Positions 1 through 9,132 are shown, numbered from the stretch's first letter. The stretch: 64,000 nt of DNA from Kiritimatiellia bacterium (GCA_050949565.1 JBMNFY010000010.1:128001-192000), one strand, 5' to 3'. Notes: a model not told the origin generated them from the sequence alone. Numbers and translations: made by a program.

Positions 1-1
1 C

Positions 2-118
2 AGCAAGGTACGCCTGCTCTTTGTCCACGCGCCGGCAGACCTGCCGCTCAGTACCTTCATGCCCGGCGTCCGCGCAGTCGCCGACCGCCTCAACTTGGTT
101 TACGTGTTTGGCAATTGA
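2..118 (+). CDS. 3' end of a CDS entering from the left edge, function unknown
   Basis: Open frame from base 2 (SKVRLLFVHAPADLP...LNLVYVFGN*) with GC-rich codon usage, TGA at 116-118; not in ORF track. Confidence 0.55.
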   Translation, partial: SKVRLLFVHAPADLPLSTFMPGVRAVADRLNLVYVFGN

Positions 119-202
119 GCCGAGCAATCGGTTGATGACAGGGGGCATGCGAGTCGAGCGCGTGTTTTGTGTGTTCGCAGTCGGGAGCGGGCGTCCCCGC
201 CC

Positions 203-352
203 GCTGAACGTTGAGCGGTGAATGTTGAAAGTTGAACCTAAAAAGAGCAGTTGAACCTTCAACTCTCTTTGGTTTCTGGTTTCTGGTTTCAAGGTTTCAA
301 GGTTTCATGGTTTCATCCAAATCGGGATCGGGATCGCTATCGGGATCGATTG
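203..352. repeat. Short tandem arrays (GTTGAAN, GGTTTCT/AGGTTTCA, ATCGGG)
   Basis: Directly visible degenerate 6-8-mer tandem repeats. Confidence 0.85.
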
Positions 353-534
353 TTTAACCACGGAACACACCGAACACACGGAAAGGCATGGCTCTGTTTC
401 CGTGTGTTTAGTGTGTTCCGTGGTTCCAATCAGAAATGGCGTTCTGCACCAAATAGGTGCGGCGCGGATCTCAACGGAAGCCAATGTTTACGGGGCTTTG
501 CTCAAAATCTGCATGCTCAACTGCTCTTTTTAGG
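237..534. mobile_element. MITE/IS-remnant-like segment bounded by perfect 18-bp inverted repeats
   Basis: CCTAAAAAGAGCAGTTGA at 237-254 and its exact reverse complement at 517-534; the right copy lies where the 471-746 ORF loses similarity to its paralogs; no transposase, no clear TSD. Confidence 0.55.
356..425. repeat. Nonamer-built long palindrome (AACCACGGAACACAC...GTGTGTTCCGTGGTT)
   Basis: Arms 356-384 and 397-425 are near-perfect reverse complements. Confidence 0.85.
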
Positions 535-746
535 GTAAATGTTTCTGGATTGCCATCCAATGAAACCCCCGACCACACCATCACGTCTGACAATGGATGC
601 CCACCCTGATCGATGCAACAAAGGACGACTTTCATTCTGGCTATTGCATTGTAAGATCCCCTCTTCCTCCTCCCCTCAACGTTGATTTGTGCCACCACGG
701 CAAAAGCAACCATACAGGTCAAAACAACAGCAGTAAGTTTTTTCAT
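535..746 (-). pseudogene. Truncated partner (putative immunity) gene, copy 4
   Basis: Signal peptide, then ARMKVVLCCIDQGGHPLSDVMV resembling ALAKVTLRVVDSRGNPVPDADV of the 3713-4864 paralog; interrupted at the inverted repeat at 534; ATG overlaps the TGA of an upstream hydrolase tail. Confidence 0.65.
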
Positions 747-838
747 TCCAGACCTCCTTTGACGACGACATCCCTGAACACATTGTACACGTAGAAAAAC
801 GCCACATCTTTCAAGTCACTGTGTTTCCAGCGTCGTGC
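743..838 (-). pseudogene. Orphan C-terminal tail of an alpha/beta-hydrolase toxin variant
   Basis: Hand translation ARRWKHSDLKDVAFFYVYNVFRDVVVKGGLE* aligns to MRWLHGDLKDMAFFYNHKLFEDVTAKGGLK* (2028-3635); in-frame stop upstream at 857-859, no ATG. Confidence 0.85.
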
Positions 839-867
839 GGAACACAAGCCCCTTGATTATCCGCTTA

Positions 868-2031
868 TCACGGATAAGGTCCTTTGATCTCAAGATTCGT
901 ATCACCCGGATTCGGATTCAGATAATACGACAATAGCACACCGCAGTAATTAGTCCCACGATCAGAGCCGCCGAACTCAAAATCGCTGACCACTGCAAAC
1001 CGCTTTCTTTCTCCTCTCCGCACGGCAACCACCCAGTACTCCTCTTTGCCGAGTGCGACATTGCTCAATATCTTGTCTTTTGTCCGAACCATGCCGAGCG
1101 TTAAGTCAGAGACCCACCCTGAATCCGGCGGCGCATACGCGAATTTGAAATCGCTGAATGAATCCTTGCGCATGGCCGCGATAGTTGCACCGCTCTCCGC
1201 CGTGACCACAAAACAGTTGGAGTAACAGTATGGTTCCGTATATTGCCATGAGTCAAACCAAAATGACAGATCCGCGACCTTCCCCGTCCCGAACGGTTCA
1301 ACCAAATCTCCGGTTTCGACGTCAAAACCCACTGTCTGATGCTTGGGGAATGTAAGCCATAACCTGTCTTTGCGTTGCATGCTAACCGGATTGCGCTTCT
1401 CCTTCAGCACGATTTCAACTGTCGGATTCCACGGCAGCCAGCGTCCGTCTTTGGCACAATCGTAACCGTTCTTGAAAAACCAGTATCGGATCACAGATGA
1501 ATAATGAGCTTGTTTTTCAATGGTGAAATTCACAAAACCCATGTTCTCGTTTTCAAGAGAGACTATTCCGTCCGCATCGGTCTCGATTTCAAAACGTCTC
1601 TTGTCTTTTGGTTGTCTTTGATTAAAGAATGCGCCTCTGACGGTCGCACTTGGAACGGGAAGCCCGCTGGAGTCAACCACACGGAGTGTGATGGCACCGA
1701 GCAAGCCGTGCTCCACCCCGCGCCTCATTTCCGGCGTATCAACCAACTGTTCGGGCAATCCGTGGTCTATTTCCAGAACCGTTACCGCACCAGAACCGAT
1801 ACTCAGCCTGCTTGTTCTGAACACATTCGATGGCTTCGCCGTCTGCTCTCGATAATTGCCAGATGTTCCAACTGCATTTTGGGCTCTAACAATCGAAGCC
1901 GCTTGTCCGGCCAACTTGTCCTCCGGCCTTCCAGTAATAGTCTCCGTGTGCTTCACAGGCCATCTTGACAAAAGGAACAATAATATGCCCGTCAAAACAG
2001 TTGCGATCACCACATATAGTGCCTGTTTCAT
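868..2031 (-). CDS. Membrane-anchored partner protein (putative immunity, copy 3) with carboxypeptidase-regulatory-like domain
   Basis: 387 aa; N-terminal TM helix; motifs ITLRVVDSSGLPVP, GRWLPWNPTVEIVLKEKRNP and YYLNPNPGDTNLE shared with 3713-4864; ATGA overlap with upstream hydrolase; visibly lower GC. Confidence 0.75.
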   Translation of the reverse strand: MKQALYVVIATVLTGILLFLLSRWPVKHTETITGRPEDKLAGQAASIVRAQNAVGTSGNYREQTAKPSNVFRTSRLSIGSGAVTVLEIDHGLPEQLVDTPEMRRGVEHGLLGAITLRVVDSSGLPVPSATVRGAFFNQRQPKDKRRFEIETDADGIVSLENENMGFVNFTIEKQAHYSSVIRYWFFKNGYDCAKDGRWLPWNPTVEIVLKEKRNPVSMQRKDRLWLTFPKHQTVGFDVETGDLVEPFGTGKVADLSFWFDSWQYTEPYCYSNCFVVTAESGATIAAMRKDSFSDFKFAYAPPDSGWVSDLTLGMVRTKDKILSNVALGKEEYWVVAVRRGERKRFAVVSDFEFGGSDRGTNYCGVLLSYYLNPNPGDTNLEIKGPYP

Positions 2032-3635
2032 TTCAAGCCTCCTTTCGCGGTGACATCCTCAAACAGTTTGTGGTTGTAGAAGAATGCCATGTCCTTCAAA
2101 TCACCGTGCAGCCAGCGCATTTGTAAATCATCATGATTCCGCCCCCATCCGTTGGGACGGGCAACCGTATCCATGTTGATATTTCTATTAGGAAGCGGAT
2201 TGCCAGCGACATCCTTGATGTTAACGATTTGTCCCCCAGTCGGCCCCGACAACGCAGGTAGCCCTCGCGCTAGTAGCTCATTCTGCGTTGCGACGGGGAT
2301 TGTGTTGGTGAACATGGACGCGGGGCAGCGCAGGAACACCGGATGCTCGCCGAGTTCGGAGAGTAGGACGGATTCGGTCTGCACGGCAGGCGGATAAAAG
2401 GCGCCGTTGGGGGTGATCATATGGAAACCCGGACCGACCGCGCCCGACCATGAACTGGTCACGGCGGGTTCCTGATAGGTGTAGCTGTAGACGAAGCCCC
2501 ACCCGGCCCAGGATGTGCCCTCTGGGGTGACACCTTGGCTGAGACGGCCTTTGTGAACCTCCTGCTTGTGCCACGCGAACCATCCCCACGTCAGTTTATC
2601 CCAGATATCCATCCCTTCATTACTGCTGGGAGTGCCAGAAAAGAGTTCCAGCACCTCGTCGCCAGATGAGTAGTAGTTGTAAAGCTCGGTCAAGGCAGAC
2701 ACAGATGCGAGACGGTCCTTCCACGTGAGTTTCCTGCGGTCATCGGTCGGGTCGCCGGCAAAGAACTCGTGCCACTTGGCGCTCCAGCAGGTGTTGGTGT
2801 AGTCGCGCCAGTGTTCATGTGCCATCCAGTTGGCGGTGTCGGGCAAGTCACACCAATGAGACGAATCAAATGCCTCCGCCGCGACAGCGGCGTGGAACAT
2901 GAAGTACTTGTGAACGCTCATGCCGTGGTCGGCGATGGCCGATGAGACGACCATGTTGCCGAGACTGTGCGCCATGATGACCTTCTGGCCCAAAAGTCTG
3001 TTGACATAGCTCTTGAGGTGCGGCGCGGTTGCGAAGGCGGAGACCACATCTTCGTGGTAGCGAAAGACGTTTATGCCGCCAATATCGCCCCGCCACGTCA
3101 CCCCGTGGAAGCGCGCTTTGGAGCCGGACTGCCAGAGGCGCTTGAACATCTCGGAGTGCCAGGCGCGCGCCTCTTCCGGCGTGACGTTGAAGCCGTGCAG
3201 GAAGACGACGTTCGTGCCGTTCGCGGGCGGGAGGCAGGAACCCGGCGTCACGGCGGCGGCGCCGTCGCGCAGGTTGACGCGGGCGTACATCTGCTCCACG
3301 GGCGCGACGTGCAGGGGCAGCGACTTCTCCAGGACCTTCCTGCCTTTGCGCCAGATTTCAAGGACGAGGGGCTCGGTGGTCGCCGCGCGGCCCTCGATGA
3401 GGATGACGCCCTTGGACGGGTCGGCGCGGACGGCATCGGCGAAGACGCCGGGGAGCGCCACGCCGTCGGCGGTGATCTTGCGCGTGGCAACGGTCGGCGC
3501 GGCGGATGTTTGTTCCGGCGAGCGGCTGGCGTGTTCCACCACGGCAGCGCGTTTTGTCGTTTGGGTACGGACAACAAACAAGGCTATTATCGCCAGCACA
3601 AAAGATGCAACAATGATGACAGAGCGTTTGTTCAT
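2028..3635 (-). CDS. Chimeric alpha/beta-hydrolase: partner-type TM N-terminus fused to hydrolase toxin C-terminal module
   Basis: First ~50 aa (MNKRSVII...EQTSAAPTVAT) resemble the N-terminus of 3713-4864 (MNKRTIII...EQTSAVPAVVT); the rest is near-identical to, then diverges from, the C-terminus of 4861-9132; motifs HGFN, AHSLG, RWLHGD. Confidence 0.8.
   Translation of the reverse strand: MNKRSVIIVASFVLAIIALFVVRTQTTKRAAVVEHASRSPEQTSAAPTVATRKITADGVALPGVFADAVRADPSKGVILIEGRAATTEPLVLEIWRKGRKVLEKSLPLHVAPVEQMYARVNLRDGAAAVTPGSCLPPANGTNVVFLHGFNVTPEEARAWHSEMFKRLWQSGSKARFHGVTWRGDIGGINVFRYHEDVVSAFATAPHLKSYVNRLLGQKVIMAHSLGNMVVSSAIADHGMSVHKYFMFHAAVAAEAFDSSHWCDLPDTANWMAHEHWRDYTNTCWSAKWHEFFAGDPTDDRRKLTWKDRLASVSALTELYNYYSSGDEVLELFSGTPSSNEGMDIWDKLTWGWFAWHKQEVHKGRLSQGVTPEGTSWAGWGFVYSYTYQEPAVTSSWSGAVGPGFHMITPNGAFYPPAVQTESVLLSELGEHPVFLRCPASMFTNTIPVATQNELLARGLPALSGPTGGQIVNIKDVAGNPLPNRNINMDTVARPNGWGRNHDDLQMRWLHGDLKDMAFFYNHKLFEDVTAKGGLK
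2895..3488. repeat. ~594-bp direct repeat, copy A (copy B at 5677-6270)
   Basis: Long near-identical stretch at constant offset 2782 encoding RKIT..GVALPG...KYFMF. Confidence 0.9.
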
Positions 3636-3682
3636 TTCAGATCCCCCTTCTGGACAATGTCGTCAAACAGAGGCGCGATGTA
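3632..3682 (-). pseudogene. Short orphan hydrolase C-terminal tail
   Basis: Hand translation YIAPLFDDIVQKGDLK* resembles YNHKLFEDVTAKGGLK* and YNHKIFDSIVEQGNLQ*; TGA overlaps the ATG at 3635 as in the intact pairs. Confidence 0.7.
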
Positions 3683-3712
3683 GGAGCCGCAAAACACTTG
3701 CTCCTGTTCGTC

Positions 3713-4864
3713 CTATGGATATATCTCTTTCCCTTCTAAATTCCGATCATTGTTGGTTGGATTGTAGCGATACTGCAATAACATGTATCCGGTTTCTCCG
3801 TCACGACTTTCGTCAAAAACAAATCGGTAGAACTTGCTGTATAATGATTCCAATATCTTACCGCTTTCGTCGGTAACGCATCTTGATTTCATGATGATAT
3901 AATTATCAGCCGACAAGCTCGTGTCTACCTCAATAACCGTTGGGGTGCGCCTGAATGAAAAAGAAAACTCACGGGTATATCCTGAGGCTGGTGCTTCATG
4001 TAGAGAGACAAACTGGCTATACAAATCCTTCTGCAGAATGATTGCCCCGCATCCCTCGTCAAACGACAGAACAAGGTCTTTTTTTAGGTTAGATCGATCA
4101 TTCCCGTTTGATGTGTATGTTAAAAAGAAATCAGCTACCGTTCCTGACCCATGGGGATCAACCAGTGCTCGTTTTTTACAATCAAACCCAACACGAATTC
4201 CTTTGGGCAAAAGAACTTTAATGTTCTGCACGGAAATCAGGTCGATCGGGTTACGTTTCTCCTTCATCACAACTTCCAGCGTGGGGTTCCACGGAACCCA
4301 TCTTCCGTTTTCAGCGCAGGGTTTGCCTTCGCGGTAAAACCAGTAATTGCGGTAGGTCCTGTAGTATCCCTCTTTCGAGGCATGGAAATGGACGTCCGAC
4401 TCCGACATGTGCTTCGCCGTGAAAAACCCGTTTTTATCGGTCTTGCCGTCAACGGAGTACGGGCCGCGATGGAAGAAGGCGACCTTGACATCGGCGTCCG
4501 GCACGGGGTTGCCGCGCGAGTCCACCACGCGGAGCGTGACCTTGGCGAGCGCGCCGTTCCTCTTCGCGTCCTTGACGGCCGGCGTGTTAGGCCCCCGTTC
4601 GCCGAGCTTGTACTCCTGCTGCGCCTGTGTCAGGTAGAGGGTCGAGCCAGGGGCGCAAAAGGGATGGGCACCGCCCTCGCGCGGACGCGTTTCCTTTTTC
4701 CCGCCCATAGTGACAACGGCTGGCACGGCAGATGTTTGTTCGGAAGCGCGGCGGACTTCGCTTGAAAGGGCAGGCGGTTTTTCGACACGGCTTCGGGTAA
4801 AAACAAGTCCGACCCCGAATATGACTAACGCAAAAACCGTGATGATAATCGTTCGCTTGTTCAT
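3713..4864 (-). CDS. Membrane-anchored partner protein (putative cognate immunity, copy 1)
   Basis: 383 aa; TM N-terminus; VTLRVVDSRGNPVP, GRWVPWNPTLEVVMKEKRNP, YNPTNNDRNLE; ATGA-coupled to the large hydrolase. Confidence 0.78.
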   Translation of the reverse strand: MNKRTIIITVFALVIFGVGLVFTRSRVEKPPALSSEVRRASEQTSAVPAVVTMGGKKETRPREGGAHPFCAPGSTLYLTQAQQEYKLGERGPNTPAVKDAKRNGALAKVTLRVVDSRGNPVPDADVKVAFFHRGPYSVDGKTDKNGFFTAKHMSESDVHFHASKEGYYRTYRNYWFYREGKPCAENGRWVPWNPTLEVVMKEKRNPIDLISVQNIKVLLPKGIRVGFDCKKRALVDPHGSGTVADFFLTYTSNGNDRSNLKKDLVLSFDEGCGAIILQKDLYSQFVSLHEAPASGYTREFSFSFRRTPTVIEVDTSLSADNYIIMKSRCVTDESGKILESLYSKFYRFVFDESRDGETGYMLLQYRYNPTNNDRNLEGKEIYP

Positions 4865-7800
4865 TGTAAATTCCCCTGTTCAACAATGCTGTCGAAAATC
4901 TTGTGGTTGTAAAAATACGACATGTTCTTGATGTCGCCGTGCAGCCATCTGTCCTGATAGGTGCCATGCATCCTCCCCCAACCGTTTGGACGATAACTAA
5001 TATCATTCATATCAACATTGTTATCGCTCAAAATTTCAGGGACATTCCTATTCCCCGCCGCGCCGGAGAGGGCGGGAACCGCCTTGGCGAGGAGGGCGAA
5101 TCGGTCGGCCTCCGTGATCGGGTTTGCGAACATGCTGTCGGGAGCATGCCGGAAGCTGATGCAGACGAGGCCGGTGAGTTCCGTTTCCGAAAAGGCGTTC
5201 GCCTCGGCGGCGGTGTGGAGCGGGTGCGGCTCCTCGTTCATCATGGAGACCAGCTCAAAGCCCCAGCCCGCCCACGAGGTGCCGAAAAGCCCGGCAAATT
5301 CGTCTATCCCGGTGCGCCCCTTGTACAGTTCCTGTTTCTGCCATGAGTAGCGTTCCCTACCCGTCACGACCGGAATGCCGAGGTGAAGCTCAACCCCCTC
5401 CGTGGGAATGGGAGTCCCGTCGTACTGCTCGAAAATCTCATCCCCTGACGAATAGTAGTTGTAGAGACCGGGCAGGCAGGCGGTGAAACGCCCCTTCCAT
5501 GTGAGCGAGTGGCGGTCGTCATTCCCGAACACAAGATCAGGGTCGAACAACTGGTGATAAAGGGCGGACCACGTTCTGGGCAGGTAATCTGCCCAATCTT
5601 CATGCACCATGTTGTTGGCGGCGACCGTGGCGTTCCAGAGCGTGGGGTCGTACGCCTCGGCGGGGACGGCGGCGTTGAACATGAAGTACTTGTGAACGCT
5701 CATGCCGTGGTCGGCGATGGCCGAGGAGACGACCATGTTGCCCAAGCTGTGCGCCATCATGATTTTCTCGCCGGACAAGCCGTTGACGTAGTTCTTGAGG
5801 TGCGGCGCGGTTGCGAAGGCACTGACCACATCCTCGTGGTAGCGAAGGGCATTAGGCCATCCGATGTCACCCTCCCACGTCACCCCGTGGAAGCGCGCTT
5901 TGGAGCCGGACTGCCAGAGGCGCTTGAACATCTCGGCATGCCGTGCGCGCGCCTCTTCCGCATTCACATTGTAGCCGTGCAGGAAGACGACGTTCGTGCC
6001 GTTCGCGGGCGGGAGGCAGGACCCCGGCGTCACGGCGGCGGCGCCGTCGCGCAGGTTGACGCGGGTGTACATCTGCTCCACGGGCGCGACGCACAGGGGG
6101 AGCGACTTCTCCAGGACCTTCTTGCCCTTGCGCCAGATTTCAAGGACGAGGGGTTCGGTGGTCTCGGCGCGGCCCTCGATGAGGATGACGCCCTTGGACG
6201 GGTCGGCGCGGACGGCATCGACGAAGACGCCGGGGAGCGCCACGCCGTCGTCGGTGATCTTGCGCGTGGCGGCGGAGGCGAGTCCCGCGACGTCCGAAAC
6301 GAGGAAGGCGCCGGCGTCGTTGGTGGAGAGCGCGGTCGGGACGTAGGCGAGCGCGTTCCTGGCGTGGCGGAGCTTGATCTCGATCCTGCCGCCGCCGGGC
6401 ACCGCGTCGAGAAGGGCGAGGGCTTCGCTAAGATCCAGCCACACGGGGAAGAAGTCCGGCAGGTCGGCGCGGCCGTTGACGCGCTTGTCCCTGAAGTTGG
6501 CCCTGGACAGCCAGCCGGAGGACCGGCCGGGCCGGTCGCTTTCGCCCTCCGCGACGTCGCCCGTGTCCGCGTCGTCGTTGATCCAGAGGCGGAAGGTGTC
6601 CCCGGACACTTCAGCGGGGGAGATCTCGCGGTCGCGGTTGTAGTCGGGGACGAGCCCGGCGCGGATGACGGTGATCCGGGCGCTCTTCCCGGCGGCGTAG
6701 AAGGTGTCGCCCTCGTTATGGACGCCGAGGATGCCGTCGGGGTCGTCGGCGAGGACGGCCATGCCGGGCGCGGAGGCGTCCGGGGAGAACTCAAGCGTGT
6801 CGTCGTAGTCGGGGCGGGGGGTGTCGTCGTAGTCGGGGTCGGTGGCGACGTGTTCGAGCGCGACCTCGTAGGTCGCTCCGGCGGCAAGCCTGACGGTGAG
6901 CGGGTCGGGCTGGCCGAACGCGCGGTTCACCAGCGTCCAGCCGGGGCGGGCGTCGCCGGATACCGGGGTGACCGTCAGGCGGTATTTTTCGGAGTGGCTG
7001 CCGCTCGTGTCGCCGAAGAGGACCGTGAAGGGGACGGCCTCGCGGGGCTGGCTGTCGGCGGGGTCGAGCGGGTCGAACTCCGGCATGTTCCGGAACTCCC
7101 AGTAATCGTTCAGCCCGTCGCCGTCGGTGTCGGGGTTGAGCGGGTCGGTGCCGGCATCCACCTCGTTGCCGTCCGCAAGGCCGTCGCCGTCGGTGTCGTA
7201 ACCAAACGGGTCGGTGCCGAGGGCAAGCTCCGCGCCGTCGTTCAGCCTGTCGTCGTCGGTGTCGGGGTCGAGCGGGTCGGTGCCGATCCCGAAGCGGTAT
7301 TCCAGCGCGAGGCCGTCCGCGACGGACGCTGTTTCGCATGAAAACTGGAGCGCCTGCGGGACCGTCCGCGCCCCCAGCGTGGCCGAGCGCCCGTCGCCGT
7401 AGCCGCCGACGTTCCGGTAGAACACGCGGAAGCGGTTCGAAACGCCCTCCTCGAAGACAAGTTGGAACGAGACGAGGTTGTTCGTGGTCGCGCCGCCGGA
7501 ACGGAAGCCCGCGTCTTTGTATTCGATGACGCAGTGGCGGTGGCCGTTTGTCGTGACATCCGCCAGCGTGACGGCGGAACCGAGGTCTGCGGGGTAGAGG
7601 CACAGGTCGTCCCAGAACCCGGCGGCGAGCAGGCCGCAGCCGGACGGCATGTACGTATCGCCCATTTCGTCATTGGCGTGCCGCCCGGTGCCGATCGTCC
7701 CGGCTCCCGGGAAAAACCCGGCGATCCCGTTGGCGTTGGCCGACAGGTTGGTCAGCACCCGCCCCCCGAAGAAGAGCGGAAACGGGAGCGGCTCCTCCAC

Positions 7801-9132
7801 GCAGCCCCCGTTCATGTCGGGCGCGAACCGCGCGGTCAGGTCCGTCCCGCCCGACGCGTCGAACCACCGGAAGGCCGTCGCCGCGACCGACGGCGGGCCG
7901 TATTCCTCCCCGTCCGTGAGGCCGTCGTCGTCGCTGTCGCTGTCGCGCGGATTCGTCCCCAGCGCGGCCTCCAGGGCGTTCGAAAGCCCGTCGCCGTCGG
8001 GGTCGGCGTCGGGGCCGTCGCTCCCGTCGAGCGGATTCAGTCCCAGCGCGATCTCCGCGCCGTCGGGACACCCGTCGTTGTCCGTGTCGGCGTCGTCCGG
8101 GTCGGTGAGATAGACCCATGTCTCCATCGCGTCGGAAAGGCCGTCGCCGTCCGCGTCGATGAGCGGGGCGGCGCGGAAAAACGCGGAGGCTGACACCTCC
8201 GCATTGAACCGTGTGGCGACGTTTGTGTAGGCCACGCCGGAGACATAAAGGGAGTCGGCCGTGTTCGTGACGGCCGGCCCCTCGGGGCCCTCCGCCCGCA
8301 CGGGAGGGGGGAGCAGGTTCAAGGGAATCGAGTTGGATGCGGAGCCCCCGGACGGCTCGACCGGGATCTGCGCCAGCGGATGCCACGCGGTGCCGCCCGC
8401 CGCGTTCGTCGCGTCGAGGCGCGGCGCGCAGAGGATGTCCAGCCGGTTCCCCGGCAGCGGATGGCCGTCCGGCCACGCCAGGGCGATCTGCACGGCATTG
8501 GAGTCCACCCGGATGCCCGTGAACCGCAGCCCGTTCGTCCCGCCCGTCCCGCCTCCGCCCGGCGGGTTCCAGAAGCTCTGCCGCGCCTCCGCATAGGCGC
8601 CGAGGTTGGCCGCGTCGACAAAATGCCATTCCATGTCGACATGCGACGGCAGCAGCAGCAGGCGCGTGAAGTCCAGCGCGGACTGGGAGACGCCGTTCGT
8701 CGGCGCGTCCGGCACGCCGTGCAGCTCCGCGATCCAGTCCGGGGTGTAGCCCGCGCCGAGCAGCGGCGGCAGCGTGTCGAACAGGGAGCCGCCCGCGTTG
8801 TAGAAGCCGATGACGCCGCTCGCGTCGTCCGTGCGCAGCGTGACGGGGAAAATCTCGACCCCGCCGAAATTCGTCGCCGTGAGCCCCCCCAGGAACCCCG
8901 CGCCGAATCCGTTCGTGGCGGCCGCCGTCCGGTCGACCGCCCCGCCCCACACCGTGAGGACGCGGTTCGTCACGGGGAAGAACACCCCGATGCCCGACGC
9001 CTGCTCCCGTTCGTACGCCAGCGCCAGGTCCGTCACGTTTTGCGGCTCGCCCGCAAATCCCGGAGGGGGGAAGCCCGCCGCCGCCCGCGCGAGCGTCACC
9101 AGCACGAAACAGAGACGCAGGACGGCAGGCAT
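4861..9132 (-). CDS. Large secreted DxDxDG-repeat protein with C-terminal alpha/beta-hydrolase (lipase-like; putative polymorphic toxin)
   Basis: Signal peptide from likely start MPAVLRLCF at 9132 (ORF extends to 9246); two blocks of TSP3-like Ca-binding DxDxDG repeats; HGYN, AHSLG nucleophile elbow, SSGDE, terminal RWLHGD. Confidence 0.8.
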   Translation of the reverse strand: MPAVLRLCFVLVTLARAAAGFPPPGFAGEPQNVTDLALAYEREQASGIGVFFPVTNRVLTVWGGAVDRTAAATNGFGAGFLGGLTATNFGGVEIFPVTLRTDDASGVIGFYNAGGSLFDTLPPLLGAGYTPDWIAELHGVPDAPTNGVSQSALDFTRLLLLPSHVDMEWHFVDAANLGAYAEARQSFWNPPGGGGTGGTNGLRFTGIRVDSNAVQIALAWPDGHPLPGNRLDILCAPRLDATNAAGGTAWHPLAQIPVEPSGGSASNSIPLNLLPPPVRAEGPEGPAVTNTADSLYVSGVAYTNVATRFNAEVSASAFFRAAPLIDADGDGLSDAMETWVYLTDPDDADTDNDGCPDGAEIALGLNPLDGSDGPDADPDGDGLSNALEAALGTNPRDSDSDDDGLTDGEEYGPPSVAATAFRWFDASGGTDLTARFAPDMNGGCVEEPLPFPLFFGGRVLTNLSANANGIAGFFPGAGTIGTGRHANDEMGDTYMPSGCGLLAAGFWDDLCLYPADLGSAVTLADVTTNGHRHCVIEYKDAGFRSGGATTNNLVSFQLVFEEGVSNRFRVFYRNVGGYGDGRSATLGARTVPQALQFSCETASVADGLALEYRFGIGTDPLDPDTDDDRLNDGAELALGTDPFGYDTDGDGLADGNEVDAGTDPLNPDTDGDGLNDYWEFRNMPEFDPLDPADSQPREAVPFTVLFGDTSGSHSEKYRLTVTPVSGDARPGWTLVNRAFGQPDPLTVRLAAGATYEVALEHVATDPDYDDTPRPDYDDTLEFSPDASAPGMAVLADDPDGILGVHNEGDTFYAAGKSARITVIRAGLVPDYNRDREISPAEVSGDTFRLWINDDADTGDVAEGESDRPGRSSGWLSRANFRDKRVNGRADLPDFFPVWLDLSEALALLDAVPGGGRIEIKLRHARNALAYVPTALSTNDAGAFLVSDVAGLASAATRKITDDGVALPGVFVDAVRADPSKGVILIEGRAETTEPLVLEIWRKGKKVLEKSLPLCVAPVEQMYTRVNLRDGAAAVTPGSCLPPANGTNVVFLHGYNVNAEEARARHAEMFKRLWQSGSKARFHGVTWEGDIGWPNALRYHEDVVSAFATAPHLKNYVNGLSGEKIMMAHSLGNMVVSSAIADHGMSVHKYFMFNAAVPAEAYDPTLWNATVAANNMVHEDWADYLPRTWSALYHQLFDPDLVFGNDDRHSLTWKGRFTACLPGLYNYYSSGDEIFEQYDGTPIPTEGVELHLGIPVVTGRERYSWQKQELYKGRTGIDEFAGLFGTSWAGWGFELVSMMNEEPHPLHTAAEANAFSETELTGLVCISFRHAPDSMFANPITEADRFALLAKAVPALSGAAGNRNVPEILSDNNVDMNDISYRPNGWGRMHGTYQDRWLHGDIKNMSYFYNHKIFDSIVEQGNLQ
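5677..6270. repeat. ~594-bp direct repeat, copy B
   Basis: Matches 2895-3488. Confidence 0.9.

Noticed and set aside
2895-6270. Repeat pair as DGR template/variable region (an Avd-like four-helix protein is in the window)
   Set aside because: Mismatches are not adenine-specific (e.g. TGG/CGG, TCC/GCC), both copies are coding, and no reverse transcriptase is present
7050-8160. GTCGCCGTC/GTCGGTGTC repeats as a non-coding array
   Set aside because: They encode the DxDxDG repeats of the large hydrolase
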